Source: Eledone cirrhosa
Lineage: Eukaryota
Direction of reading: 5' to 3'
Assembly (NCBI GenBank): GCA_964016885.1
Contig: OZ024743.1
Location: 120,776,001 to 120,840,000, forward strand
Length of the DNA stretch: 64,000 nt
A program made the translations under genes and the position numbers. Shown piece after piece: positions 1-12,488 of this stretch (its first letter is position 1; every line of letters starts with the position of its first letter). Below the pieces are notes generated by a model that had not been told where the DNA came from, ran no database searches, and saw only the letters and a program-made list of their open reading frames with translations.

Positions 1-133
1 CAAAATCACCCTCCTCACCAAGTAAACTTGGTGGGGTTGCCGGTTTAGTCGCCGACGACCCGACCATACCACAGGATGTACTGGGTTACATGTTACCAGT
101 AGCACTCAAGAGTGACCCGACATACATACATAC
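1..133 (+). mobile_element. Probable 3' end of a retroposon with (CATA)n tail
   Basis: GC-richer segment with two small hairpins (caccaagt-aa-acttggtg; tactgg...ccagta) ending in catacatacatac. It truncates the adjacent PLE relic. Family not identified. Confidence 0.3.
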
Positions 134-139
134 GATAGT

Positions 140-1210
140 GGTACACGTCGATGATACTTTCTGTCTACTCCAGTGGAACATTTTGTGACAGGTGATATAT
201 TACTTTTATAAAGGGTTGGGAATTTAAGCCGAATAAAGTCAGGTTATAATAATATCGGTGTTATACTTCCTCTACGTACATAGGCAGTATCCTCATGTGA
301 TTACGTTTGGGTAGCCCTGCTGTGACAAGCTGCCGCTTTGTTGATGGAGGTGAATGTGGCTGATTTAGACTCTGATGGAATATGTAGTGAATAATATCAT
401 CTAGACTAATATGCATGAAATTGACATTGGTCTCGTTAAAATCTGTGATATTTATGTGTAATTGGAAGTTGGTTATTTATGAAGGACAGGTAATTCTAAG
501 GTATGTTTGTGGCTGCGTTTATTGTGTTCGTGGTATCAGAGTGCGTTGAACCAAAGTTTGTGGCTTTTCCTACTTATTTCTTTTACTATTTTCCGATTAT
601 AGCCATTTCTTGGTAGTGCGTCCTCATAATAAGAGAAGGCATGTTTGAAAATATCCATGGAGATTATCATACTTATGTTATTTGCTATACTTTAATGATA
701 CTAGCGTAATAATATTTATGTATGTAATTTTCTCGTTTGAAATGTTTGCTTGTAGGCAGATCTAGAGTAATGTTTAAAGCGTTAAGTATGTTTGAATTAG
801 TGTTGAAGGGAATATAGAAATAATATTCCTTAAACATGCCATTTTCAAATACTTTATGTATTATGTCTTAATATAAACCTATTGGAGAATTCCTAAGATG
901 AAAGCGTTTAAGGATTCAAAAATACATTGATTAAAATATTTGCCGCAGCAGTGCATCTGCCTGTAGATACTTCGAACTGTTGGTTGCTCTCTTTCGTAAT
1001 CCAGTTTAAAATAAAGAGGCATGTCGTGGTATTAAGTAATTCTGGCAATAAAATGGTTCCTGAATGTCATGGTTTATAAAGGAAGATATTGAGATATAGT
1101 CAAGTATCGGGTAAATTAAGAGGTAGCTTTGTTTTCCATAGTGTCGAACCACTTGGTAATTCTGATATTGGAATTCCGTTGTGCTTTTCTTGTAGCATTT
1201 ATAAATCTTA
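140..1210 (-). mobile_element. Decayed Penelope-like element RT/linker coding relic
   Basis: Minus-strand translation by eye gives ITKWFDTMENK (~1130-1160), LNALNITLDLPT..YIHK (~715-785), IFKHAFSYYEDALPRNGY (~599-652) and KSHKLWFNA (~542-568). These match PLE RT motifs (..IKWF..I.NK, FLDVTLDL..YIH, IF..A...Y..AL..SGY, IIWFNPP) in the expected order, with many stops and frameshifts. Confidence 0.75.
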
Positions 1211-1605
1211 AGTTGAATTTATTATATATATATATTGTAGTTTTCTGTTCTTTACTTTTGCATATAGTGGAACACTAGAACTATATAATACTAGGAATAA
1301 AGAAAATACATTTTAGAATATAATTAGTACAAGGGCTTAGAATAATTAGAATATCGAAATGTAAGATAATAAGAAACAACTAACACGATTAGAATCGGTT
1401 ATAACTATAGGATAGATTGTTTAAGGAGCTCTCTCTAACGAATTATAGAGGGTAAACGCTGCCTTCCAAGTTGGAAATTGGTTGGAGAGATCTGATTAAT
1501 AAAATCTGTAAAGACAATTTAATCATCATTTTACAAATAACCCGACACAAATCAGTAATTATTCTTTTTATCTGTTTGTCTGCTGTCTCCCCCCATCTCT
1601 CTCCC

Positions 1606-1614
1606 ACTCTCTCT

Positions 1615-1708
<94 letters not shown>
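1606..1708. repeat. (CT)n(AT)n compound microsatellite, representative of dozens of (TA)n/(TG)n/(GA)n/(TATC)n tracts in the window
   Basis: Directly visible. Source of the [20 protein letters not shown] pseudo-ORFs. Confidence 0.98.
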
Positions 1709-1710
<2 letters not shown>

Positions 1711-1994
1711 CCAGGTACAAACACATAAATATATATTAATTAGAACAAGGCATACACTTCCACACAGAGAAAGTTGATTTCCACAGGCAAAGACTACGCC
1801 TGATTCCTAGGTTGCATACTTCAGGAGTAAGCATCCCAACGTTGTGGGGTCTGCCGTACATCTAGGAAACTTCAACTAATGTAACTCTGAATCAATGCGT
1901 TAATACAAATATTTAATTTATGAGTTGAGTGGTCTTTTCTCTTCTTTCTTTAGTATACTATATCTATATCTATCCATCCATCATTCTATCTATC

Positions 1995-2062
<68 letters not shown>

Positions 2063-2182
2063 CCCTCTCTCGTTCTCTCTCTCTCTCACTATATATATAT
2101 ATGTATATGTATATATATTTATATATATGCATATTTATATATATGCACATTTATATATATGTATATATGTATATATATATAT

Positions 2183-2373
2183 AACGAAGGAAATGTGGTA
2201 GGGAACCAGGTGGACCATAACGCACCAAAGTACTCAATACTTAGAGTAGTAGAGTGGGTAATAGGAACGAGTAGGACCCCGACGGCTGAGCTCAAGCCGT
2301 TTCGACGGCTAATTCTGAGTCCAGAATTAGCCGTCGAAACGGCTTGAGTTCAGCCGTCGCGGTCCTACTCGTT

Positions 2374-2378
<5 letters not shown>
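2183..2378 (-). mobile_element. Family A fold-back PLE-terminus element in (TA)n
   Basis: Inverted arms 2261-2317/2322-2378 (loop agtc) plus a ~78-nt extension 2183-2260. Arms hold the GAAAC-stem III-GTC half of a hammerhead. Near-identical to copies at 46162, 48302 and 49756. TA tracts on both sides. Confidence 0.85.
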
Positions 2379-2420
<42 letters not shown>

Positions 2421-2423
2421 TTA

Positions 2424-2463
<40 letters not shown>

Positions 2464-4217
2464 TGTAACTAAGTGTACATGCAGATGTAGCGAGGTGCCA
2501 TTGTTTACTGTTCGACTAGATTCTCTATTTCGTTGCCTTCTACTTCGATGTTATTATTTCAGCCTGCAGCAAATAAATCTCCTCTGTTTTCTGACTCAAT
2601 TGATATAAGCAATTGTATCTTACATATTGTTTCCTGTTAAGAATATTAACGAAGGAAAATTTATCCCTATTTCGACGTTTTATTATTTTGAATTTCTTTG
2701 CTTTTTTCCCTCTGTAATTTTATTGGGCATAGGTTTAAATGTATTGAATGAGTTTAGACACATATAGTTATCGAGAACAATCCTGATATTTAATCCAATG
2801 GTCACTCATCTTTGTACGGTTTCAATCATATATATTGAACACGTATGATTACTATGTGTGAGAACGTACAGATTTGAAATTTTTAAATTTTCTTAAGATC
2901 GAATAAGTCACTTTTCTGCAAGCGTTTTTTTCCCCACCGTCTTCAGTGAAGAGTTTTGCCAATAACTTGCATATGTTTCTGTTGATGTGTATACATCTAT
3001 TTACATAGTAAATTATTTAGTTTTAGCTGGAAGATGATATCTAGGTAAGTCTGGTAAGATTTTAAAGTTGCGATATACTCATCAATTTTGAAACCATAGC
3101 ATGTTTACTTATAAATGCAGTTACGTATATTTTCTAAATGGGATCATACACACACACACACCCTTACACCCCTAAACTGAACAACGACAAACGCATATAT
3201 AAGATATCAATATATATGTTTGGTTAAACGTTTGGAATTAACATGAAGCATGACGTATTTTTATGTCTTACTTGTGACAACATTCAATTACTTGCCGTGT
3301 TCTGGTTCTACTAAATCCTTTCAGGTAGATTTTATGTTATTTTCTTTGATTCATTTGACTGGAAGACATATATAAACAAACAATTGTATAAATAGATACA
3401 TACATACTTAATACTTTTATTAATATTTCAGCAGTTGCACTATGTATAATAGCTCAATGTCATATAAAAGTTTATCGTACATTTCCCTATGACCGTAATT
3501 ACACCCATCACCATGGATTTCTACTCCCGATTCCTTTCCTGCCACCTGCCTCTGATTTCCGGCTGGTTCCCTGCAGTTTTTGGCACTCCAGAGGCGCGCT
3601 GGTCTGCTAGCAATCTATCGTGGTTATGTCATGTCCGCCACCACGCTGGTATGCTAACAGTCTATCGTGGCTACTACTCAGCCTGTGTACTTCTTCATAT
3701 CTACTACGTGACATATACTATACCACTTCACGACGATCTCTTCGACCAAGTTAAAATTAGCAAATATTAATCAACAGGGATATTTATATTTTTGTCAATA
3801 TTGGAAAATTACTGGAGCATGTTTGTCGTAGAATAGCATTACAGATGAAAAAAAAAGACAAAAAAAAAAAACATCAACAACAACAACAAAACATTATACC
3901 CAATAATATCAAGCGAATTAAAATTTATATTTGATGTTTGTGAAATATCTTGTACTTGAACATATTGAAATAAAATACTAATGCATACAGCCTTAATGAT
4001 TAGGCTTTTCGTTTAATAACACATGGTACAATGATAAATCTTTCAAGTGAAATTATATAACAAATTGGTTACACTTTATGGAGGGCAAGTGTTTAGTAGA
4101 ATTCACATAGGTATTCGGAATATCCCTAAAGAAATCGAAACCATGCATGTACTTCAAATGTGACTTTTAGTGGAAGAAAACCAGAAGGTTCGTTTGTGAA
4201 AGTTGTGACAGATGTGT

Positions 4218-4299
<82 letters not shown>

Positions 4300-4346
4300 A
4301 TATATGCATGTATGTTTGTGTGTATATATATACATATATATATATT

Positions 4347-4385
<39 letters not shown>

Positions 4386-6080
4386 ATGTGAATGTGCGCG
4401 TGTGTGTGAGTGTTTGTTGTTCATACATATGGGAACAGTTTTAACTTGAAAAAATGTTGTTAGAAACACGACAATTTTCGAATGTTAATTTCTGTATTCA
4501 AACTTTCTCATATTTTCTAAGGCCTCTGAAGTTCTGAAGTTCATTTGGAAAAAAAAAAAAAATCAAAGTTCCTATGTTCACTTCCTAGATATTTATAGTC
4601 ACACCATCCCATGCGTTTGTGCCCCCTTTATTCATATTCGTTTTAAGGGGTTATATTTAACTCTTATTTCGACGGAATTCTATGGCTACTTTAGCGGATT
4701 TTGAATTTAAATTACCATTGTTAGTCACGTTTTATGGCATATGTATGCTGTTCATGTGGTTGGTATTGCGCTGAATATTGATCCTGGCGCAAAATTCAGA
4801 TATAGGTATCATTTACATAATTGCGCTTATATCTACATTGCAGTTTGAAACTACAATCAATACCGGGTACAATGCCAGTTACACAAACACGTGAGTTATG
4901 ACGTGAAATGCAATAGTTAAGCTTTAAGATTCAAATTCCAGTAAGATTGTCAGAGAATGCTGGCGAAGTAAGAACGAACTGCATGCCTTTACAACAGTCC
5001 AGATAATAACACGAGAAAAATCTCGAAAAAAGGAAATGGAAACACAGCTGTGTTTCTATTAACAAATAACACACAGACACACACACACACATATATATAA
5101 TTTTATCTCAGATAAACCTGGTGAATATTACTCATGAATATTAGTACACCAATGTACGTTAGTACATCAATGTACGTTAATAAATCCTGTGAGGTTAGAT
5201 ATTCGAGAAATGAAATTTGATTATTGGACGGGGACATACAATTGGTCGTCGGTCTGTGAACAATCTAGTACATTGCACACAGATCTTCAGGCACAACCCA
5301 ACAGCGGGGAAAACTACGGAAACGGTGATAAATATGGAAATTAATTGTAGGCTCATGTTGATTTAGGTATAGTTAAACATGGTTTTGACGAGCTGACAGC
5401 ACAGCAGATAAAACTAATGTAGAGAACGATGGCATATTTATGCTTCATGTAATAGTGAAATTGTGAAAAAGAGCTAGCAGAGGGGAAAGTAAATATTGAT
5501 GTGTATGGTATGATGTCGAGAGCTCTGAGAAAATAACAATATATGGTCGAATTCCACAAACATGCCTCCGTGTATATATTGGTTCACTGTTCACTTTAGT
5601 GGACAACTTATTTCCGCTGTCCAAGATTAGCAACTGCTGTCTTTGGTATCTAGTTATAATTCATGAATCATAAGCTTACCATAAAATACATGTAATAACT
5701 TAACGCCACTTTGAAGATTCAACAGCTCGAGAATGACAGTTCTACAGCGGAGTCATATACATTACAATTGTAATAGTGGGCAAATACCAAATTCTTACTA
5801 TAAGGTTTCAAGCTCATTATATAATGTACATATCTCATACATGTCTAAATTATCGCTTGAATGTATTTTATGAAAATGCCAGTGGACCATCGGTCAATTA
5901 CTCACACGCTTCCAACCACTGGATGTTTATCGTACATCTATTCACATGTCCTCATATATCTACTGTCACGAGATGTGGTCGGTTACTTATCTACAATAAA
6001 ATACAAGGTGGCAATTAGGAAATTCATGAAATAGGTAACGTACAAATCACAATATACAAAGATGCATTATTATTTATTCG

Positions 6081-6220
6081 AGCATAGTTACGTCCCTTTA
6101 CGATCTGAGCTCAAATCCCGCCGAGGTTGACTTTGCCTTTCATCCTTACGGGGTCGATAAAATAAAGTACCAGTAATGCACTGGTGAATTGCTGGCCTTG
6201 TGCCTAAAGTAGAAACAATT
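6081..6220 (+). mobile_element. tRNA-derived SINE (Meta/MESC-like core), 5'-truncated
   Basis: B-box-like gagctcaaatccc, core gcctttcatccttacggggtcgataaaataaagtaccag and tail tagaaacaatt shared with ~10 other copies in the window. Confidence 0.85.
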
Positions 6221-6231
6221 ATTTATATCAT

Positions 6232-6420
6232 GGCGGTGGATTGGCAGTATCGGCAGAGGGTCGGACGCCATGCTTTGACGCATAGAGTTACGGCCCTTAC
6301 CATTCTGAGTTCAAATCTCGTCGAGGTTAACTTTGCCTTATATCCTTACGGGGTCGATAAAATAAAGTACCAGTAATGCACTCAGTATTTGCTGGCCTTG
6401 TGCCAAGAGTAGAAACAATT
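6232..6420 (+). mobile_element. tRNA-derived SINE (Meta/MESC-like core), full length
   Basis: Head ggcggtggattggcagtatcgg (A-box-like), B-box gagttcaaatc, same core and tail as the other copies. Confidence 0.9.
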
Positions 6421-7144
6421 GATTATATGAGAAATATGAAACAGACAAATATACAGAAAAATCTCATCAAATAAACACATGTGAAAGTACATATTTAGCA
6501 CATGAAGCGATCCTGTTTGTTTGAATGGGGATTCACAACATGGAACCGCAGATTTGTACTCCAGCTTCAAGAAATGCAACTGTGGTAATTGTATGATATT
6601 AACTCACAAGCACAACGTGAGTATCAAATAGCGAAAACTTACAATACATTTTAATAACATTTGGAGCAAATGAACAAAAAGTCGTTTTTGACTTAGTAAT
6701 CACTTCGTTACGGGAAACCATACACTCAAAGACCTCAATCTTGTGGAAAATTGACACTATATATGTAGAAATCCAAACCTAAATTATTTTGATAATATAT
6801 CACTATAATTAATAATTGAAAAAAGTGGGTAAAATAGTCCTGGCTAAGGAAAATGTGAATAGAGGTGCCTCTGTTCACTTTTATAATTGGCAGGAGTACT
6901 TCATTCGCGAATTTCTAAGTTATGTTTTATACTGATAGATTATATACGCGCCAATCTTCCATAGTTTTTAAGTTTTTGACACATGTTTTCCCATAACAAA
7001 TATCCATAATGGTTCTTAAGTCAATCACAAGTTTATACACACATACACACACATATATATATATAAATATATACATATGCATGTGAGTGTATAAATAACT
7101 ATATGTGTATGTAAATATAAATGTATGTATATATGTATATCTAT

Positions 7145-8166
7145 CTAGGGTGGGTAAAATTCCCGAGATCCATGGACGAGTTCTCTCCAGCGGTCTCTGT
7201 CCCTCATTATCGCTGCCATGTCTTGCGTCTCCAACAGACCAGTGTCTGTCCTTAGGGCATCAACATACATTAACCTTGGTCTTCCTCTTCCAGTGTGTCG
7301 ATGTAGGGGCTCCCACAGGAGCACCGAGTGCAATGTCAACTCTGGATGTCGGTGAGCATGTCCAGCTAACCTCAGTCTCCTCTGTGTCACTTTTGAGCTG
7401 ACTTTTGGGATGCTCCCATACAGCTCTGAGTGTTTCATCCTCAGTGTATACTGATTAATGTTCAGAGCCATCCTCAGCATTCTCGTGTAGCACCCATCCA
7501 CCATCTGAGTGAGTTTCTTGGTCAGTGTCCAAGTCTCAGACCCATACAGCAGCACAGACTCCACTACAGCAATGAAGAGGCGGCTTTTCAGGTCTTTACG
7601 AAGATCCGACTTCCACACCGATCTCAAGCTGTGGCCCACCGACCAGGCCTTGCTCTTCCTCTCTCAACCACATCATCTTCCGTATTCCCAATCTTTGCTC
7701 CCAAATACAGGAAGTCCTCAACCAATTGTAGCGGCTTCCCGCCTACATTAGTAATCCCCTCTGGCTTCTCAACATTCTCTACCAGATATTTTGTTTTAGT
7801 CTCATTCATTATCAGCCCCACATTCATCGACACAATCTCAACCCCCTGCATCAAATCCTCTGCCTCCTTCACTGTATTTGTCACCAAAACTATGTCGTCG
7901 TCAAATTCAGCATCCGATATCTTTTTCGCCTTAACTCTCCTGCTCTGAGCCGGTGCTACAGTAAAGCCAGAGTCCTGGTGTTTCTCCAGTGCAAGGCGCA
8001 TACAATAGTCCACTACGATGATAAAAAGGTAGGGAGCCAATGTATCTCCCTGGAGCACTCCAGCCAGTATCTCAAAGAACTCTGTCATCCCATCAGGTGT
8101 AATGACTTGGGCTTTGGTGTTGGTGTAGAGCAGTGACATCAGGTCCACTATCTTCTTGGGGATTAC
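7145..8166 (-). mobile_element. 5'-truncated RTE-clade LINE (RT domain and C-terminus), frameshifted
   Basis: ORFs 7624..8211 and 7145..7639 give IPKKIV, GVLQGDTLAPYLF, EFDDD (decayed FADD), FLYLG, VESVLLYGSETWTLT, DGCYTRMLR, LRLAGH, GRGRP and DRDRW, all typical RTE RT/C-terminal motifs. One frameshift near 7640. Confidence 0.92.
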
Positions 8167-8422
8167 AAACGGAACCTGAACCGATAACGTCTGGTTTCTG
8201 GGGTATGTCACTATTTATAAAACAAATTTTGTATTTTATCTGATGAGAGCGTACCAAAGCTTTTGGTACCCTTGAAATATATATAATCAAATAAATATGG
8301 TTTTATAAATATTGTTTCCATTTATTAATATCATTGATATTATACTCCAGAAATCTTGTTGAGTGCTTCGAATCTGTTATAAATAAATTTGTTGAATTAC
8401 CAGCAAATTAAATATCTCTTTG

Positions 8423-8424
<2 letters not shown>
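8167..8424 (+). mobile_element. Family B PLE-terminus element (no inverted arm) ending in (TA)n
   Basis: Alignable over ~190 nt to 9895-10096 and more distantly to 10760-10997. Contains a hammerhead and the ACTC..GAGT hairpin (8344-8364), followed by (TA)n. Confidence 0.8.
8232..8293 (+). ncRNA. Minimal type I hammerhead ribozyme
   Basis: Stem I tattttat/atcaaata; core CTGATGA 8240-8246; stem II gag-c-gtaccaaa/tttggtac-c-ctt; GAAA 8274-8277; self-complementary stem III ATATATAT; predicted cleavage after A8285. Confidence 0.8.
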
Positions 8425-8511
<87 letters not shown>

Positions 8512-9705
8512 CAATGACTCACATATGAAATATAGTGAGTTGGAAAATCCCAATCATCCTTGCTATTAAAAAAAACTCCTGACTCTCTTTGGTTGTTGAA
8601 ATCTCCAAAGAAGCAATGGTGATAACAACTGCAATATCAGTCTTTTGGGAAAGTAATATAAATACAGTGAAATGTATATCCGGCATTACGAGCCAACATG
8701 TGAAAGCCAGGAACACGTTTCAATCATATTCGATCTCCTAGGTAGAGCATAATAGTCTCACTCATCTTCACTAAAAGTGATCTAATTTAGATTTTGAAAA
8801 ACAAGTAGAGCCATTATGCTGGTCATGTATGTGAATAAGGGAGAGAGGGAAATACATTAGACGAGCGTTCCACGTGATGCACGCACATACACATACACAC
8901 ACATATATATATAAACAAACGCCCACACATATACACACACATGCACACACACACACATGCACATATACATACAAACACACCTCCTTTCTCTCTCTACAGA
9001 CGCATACATATGTAAGTGCATGTATAAGGTATTTGTAGTATGCAACTTCTCTTATGAGCTAACTTGGTTGATAGCAATGCGAAACAGGATTCGATTGTGT
9101 TATATCTATTGGGTAAAGTATAATCAACTCTACCCATCATTTTTATAAATTTTCAGCATAACGTCGATGTTTTTATATATCTAAACGAAATGCTTTATCC
9201 ATTTGTTATATGAAGACCGATGCATTACTCACAACATTGTCAAATTTTTACAAAAATTTGAATAATTAAAATTGTATGGGTTATCACTATTATTTTCAAA
9301 CATTTCTGTCTTCAAATAACGATAAACACAATTAATTTCGTATAAGAAGATAGATCTACTACCAAATCAAATGTAATATTCTGCAGTTACAGATTAAGTT
9401 TGATTTAAAAAATATTTATTTCTTTAATCCTGATTTCTCATCTCCAAGGGAAGGATCACCTTAGTTCTGTTCTATTTTTATCCCCATACCGTTGTAACAA
9501 TTAATGTCTATGGGATAATAGTACAGCACGCGTTAATCGAAAATTCTACTCAGTGGAAGTAACAACGGCATCAGGAAAGGACGTTCAAATTCATTGCAAA
9601 TAGTGATATGATATTTTTCAACAGGTACATAAACTTTGCTCGTCGAGGCGGTGTTATATAGGTATAAATACATATATATGCGTGAATTACATATATGTAA
9701 ATGTA

Positions 9706-9745
<40 letters not shown>

Positions 9746-9747
<2 letters not shown>

Positions 9748-10096
9748 GATATTAATAAATGGAAACTATATTTATAAAACCATATTTATTTCATTATACA
9801 TATTTCAGGGATACCAAATTAAATTATGGTATGCCTTCATCAGACAAAATACAATATATAACAGTTTTACAAAAAAGCTTTGTAAAACTGTTATATATTG
9901 TATTTTGTCTGATGAAGACATACCATAATTTAATTTGGTACCCCTGAAATATGTATAATGAAATAAATATGGTTTTATAAATATAGTTTCCATTTATTAA
10001 TATCGTATATCTACTCCAAATACTTGTCGAGTGCTTTATATCAGTTATAAAAATATTTACTTGTTGTATCCCAACAATTTTAAATAGAACTTTTGC
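9746..10096 (+). mobile_element. Family B fold-back element: 128-bp inverted arms plus 90-nt extension, in (TA)n
   Basis: Arms 9746-9873/9879-10006, loop aaagc, two mismatches seen. Extension 10007-10096 has the ACTC..GAGT hairpin at 10013-10032. TA tracts on both sides. Confidence 0.9.
9901..9965 (+). ncRNA. Minimal type I hammerhead ribozyme (mirror copy on - strand at 9787-9851)
   Basis: Stem I tattttgt/atgaaata (two G-U); CTGATGA 9909-9915; stem II ag..tacca/tggta..ct; GAAA 9946-9949; stem III ATATGTAT; predicted cleavage after A9957. Confidence 0.75.
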
Positions 10097-10308
10097 ATAT
10101 ATATATATATATATTAATATGTGTGGGCGTTTGTTTATATATGTGTGTGTGGGTGTGTATGTGCATGTATGTGCATCACGTGCAACGCTCGTCTAATGTA
10201 TTTCCATCTCTCCCTTATTCGCATACATGCTCTACGGTTCTTATATATCTGATAAATATTTATCCTTATCGAGCCCTCTTTGGATTTTAGTCTTCAAATT
10301 TATTATTA

Positions 10309-10517
<209 letters not shown>

Positions 10518-10564
10518 TATATGTATATGTATCTATCTATCTATCTATATATATATATATTATT

Positions 10565-10996
10565 CCGAATATTAATAAATGAAGACATTCACATAATCAA
10601 AATATATGTTTTATTATATATATTTCTCGAAGGTACTGTGCTGTTTTTTCAGTACGTACTTGTTAGATAAAATACATGAATTGATGTATGACATACCTCA
10701 ACGGTCTTGATGGTTCAATTCCAGTATTGTTAATACTGGAATTGAATCATCAAGAGCGTTGAGGTATGTCATACATCAATTCATGTATTTTATCTGACGA
10801 GTACGTACTGAAAAAACAGCACAGTACCTTCGAGAAATATATATAATAAAACATATATTTTGATTATGTGAATGTCTTCATTTATTAATATTCGGTATAA
10901 TATTAATAACTCCAGAAAATCTTTTCTTGTAGAGTGCTTTTAATCTATTGTAAAAATATATTCATTGAGTAATCAATGAACCATATTAATCTTTGG

Positions 10997-10997
<1 letters not shown>
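10565..10997 (+). mobile_element. Family B-related fold-back element: 164-bp inverted arms plus ~100-nt extension, in (TA)n
   Basis: Arms 10565-10728/10732-10895, loop gtt, about four mismatches. Extension has the ACTC..GAGT hairpin at 10909-10935. Confidence 0.9.
10786..10853 (+). ncRNA. Hammerhead ribozyme-like motif
   Basis: Stem I tattttat/ataaaaca; CTGACGA 10794-10800; stem II gtactg/cagtac with an imperfect base; GAAA 10834-10837; stem III ATATATAT then A. The mirror copy in the left arm has a mutated core (CTAACAA). Confidence 0.65.
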
Positions 10998-11045
<48 letters not shown>

Positions 11046-12407
11046 CATATTTTATATATACATACATTTCCTGTTTTTCTATCACTATTTCGTGTTTCAG
11101 CCGACAGGCTGAGGCCATGCTGGCTCATATATGTATGTATGTATACATGTCCACATGTGTGAGTATGTCTGTATTTATGTTTGTCTTGCTTGTGTTTGTA
11201 TGTGTGTGATCATGAAATAAATTTTATACAAGTAGATTTCGCCATGCTTCTAATAATGTGTCTGTGATACATTTTCTCACTGTACTTTGATTTAATTCTG
11301 TTAGTAGCAAGTTAGTATTTACTTCTTCTTCTAATAAATTATTCATGCCATAAGATCGTTTTTGTTTTCAATGTACCACACGATATGTCTATATCATGTA
11401 ACAAACGATGTTTTTAATAAACAGATGAAATCATCTTGTGTTAATATACAATGTCATCGTAGAGAGAAACGGAAGATGATCCTGTCTAATTTCAACATTC
11501 TGTCATCAGTGACCTTTTAAATTCAATTTTCTACGGAGGCACTGCTTGTGAAATCACCATTATGAAATCGTTAAGGAAATCGGATAGTCTAATTTGCATA
11601 TACAATGCATTCTAATGAAATCCGAACATAGGATTGAAAATAATCCAGCTGATAACTGTTTTTCTGTCGACGAAGATATTAAGTCAAGGTGGTTACTTCT
11701 ATTTATTAGATGTATTCTGTTGTACCAAATTAGTTCTGTTACAAACAAGAAACACTGTTAACGTAATAGTAATTCATAAATTTAACTAGCTGCCAAGAAC
11801 TCGCTATATATGTAAATCAGTTGTATGCAAATTTAAAGACGGTAAATCAATCGTAATGAAACTCGAACAGAGGATTGAAACTAGACCGACTGACGCTGGG
11901 ATTTCTTTAACTCTATGAATGTCATATAATGGAATTTTGTCTTAGAAAAGGGAGACAATTAAGTAATGACCCTACCTTGCATTTAAGCCAGAATGTGAAA
12001 ATAACGGGCATGTTTTGATCTTGTTAGATCGCCTTAAAAGAAATATTAACACCTCTACATCTCTACCCATCTGAACCATAAATATTCGATCATTTCTGCC
12101 TTTCCCTCCGCATCACGCACACTCATACCTTTTTTCCCTATCTGTATACCTATCTCTCACTATATATTTATATGAGCACGCGCGTGCCTGTATTGACTCA
12201 CAGCGTCTACGTTTCGAATAAATATTCCTCCACATTTAAATACACGCTCACAAAATACACACACATAGGGATGCATATATATATGCATACACACATACAC
12301 ACACAGACACACACACACACATATATATATACATATATATACAGTGAGGGAGAGAAAGAGAGATAGATAGATAGATAGATAGATAGATACATAGAGAGAG
12401 AGAGAGA

Positions 12408-12488
<81 letters not shown>

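Noticed and set aside
4575-4880. Possible Helitron-like 3' end (caataccgggtacaatgccagt)
   Set aside because: No intact CTAG terminus or clear subterminal hairpin; single copy in the window.
6232-6320. tRNA-like A/B boxes, also in the other SINE heads
   Set aside because: No complete cloverleaf and always followed by the SINE core, so SINE heads rather than tRNA genes.
7430-7948. 172-aa plus-strand ORF
   Set aside because: Antisense shadow of the RTE RT on the minus strand.
9759-9993. Pair of near-identical 62-aa ORFs on opposite strands (METIFIKPYLFH...)
   Set aside because: A direct consequence of the palindrome; no protein-like features.
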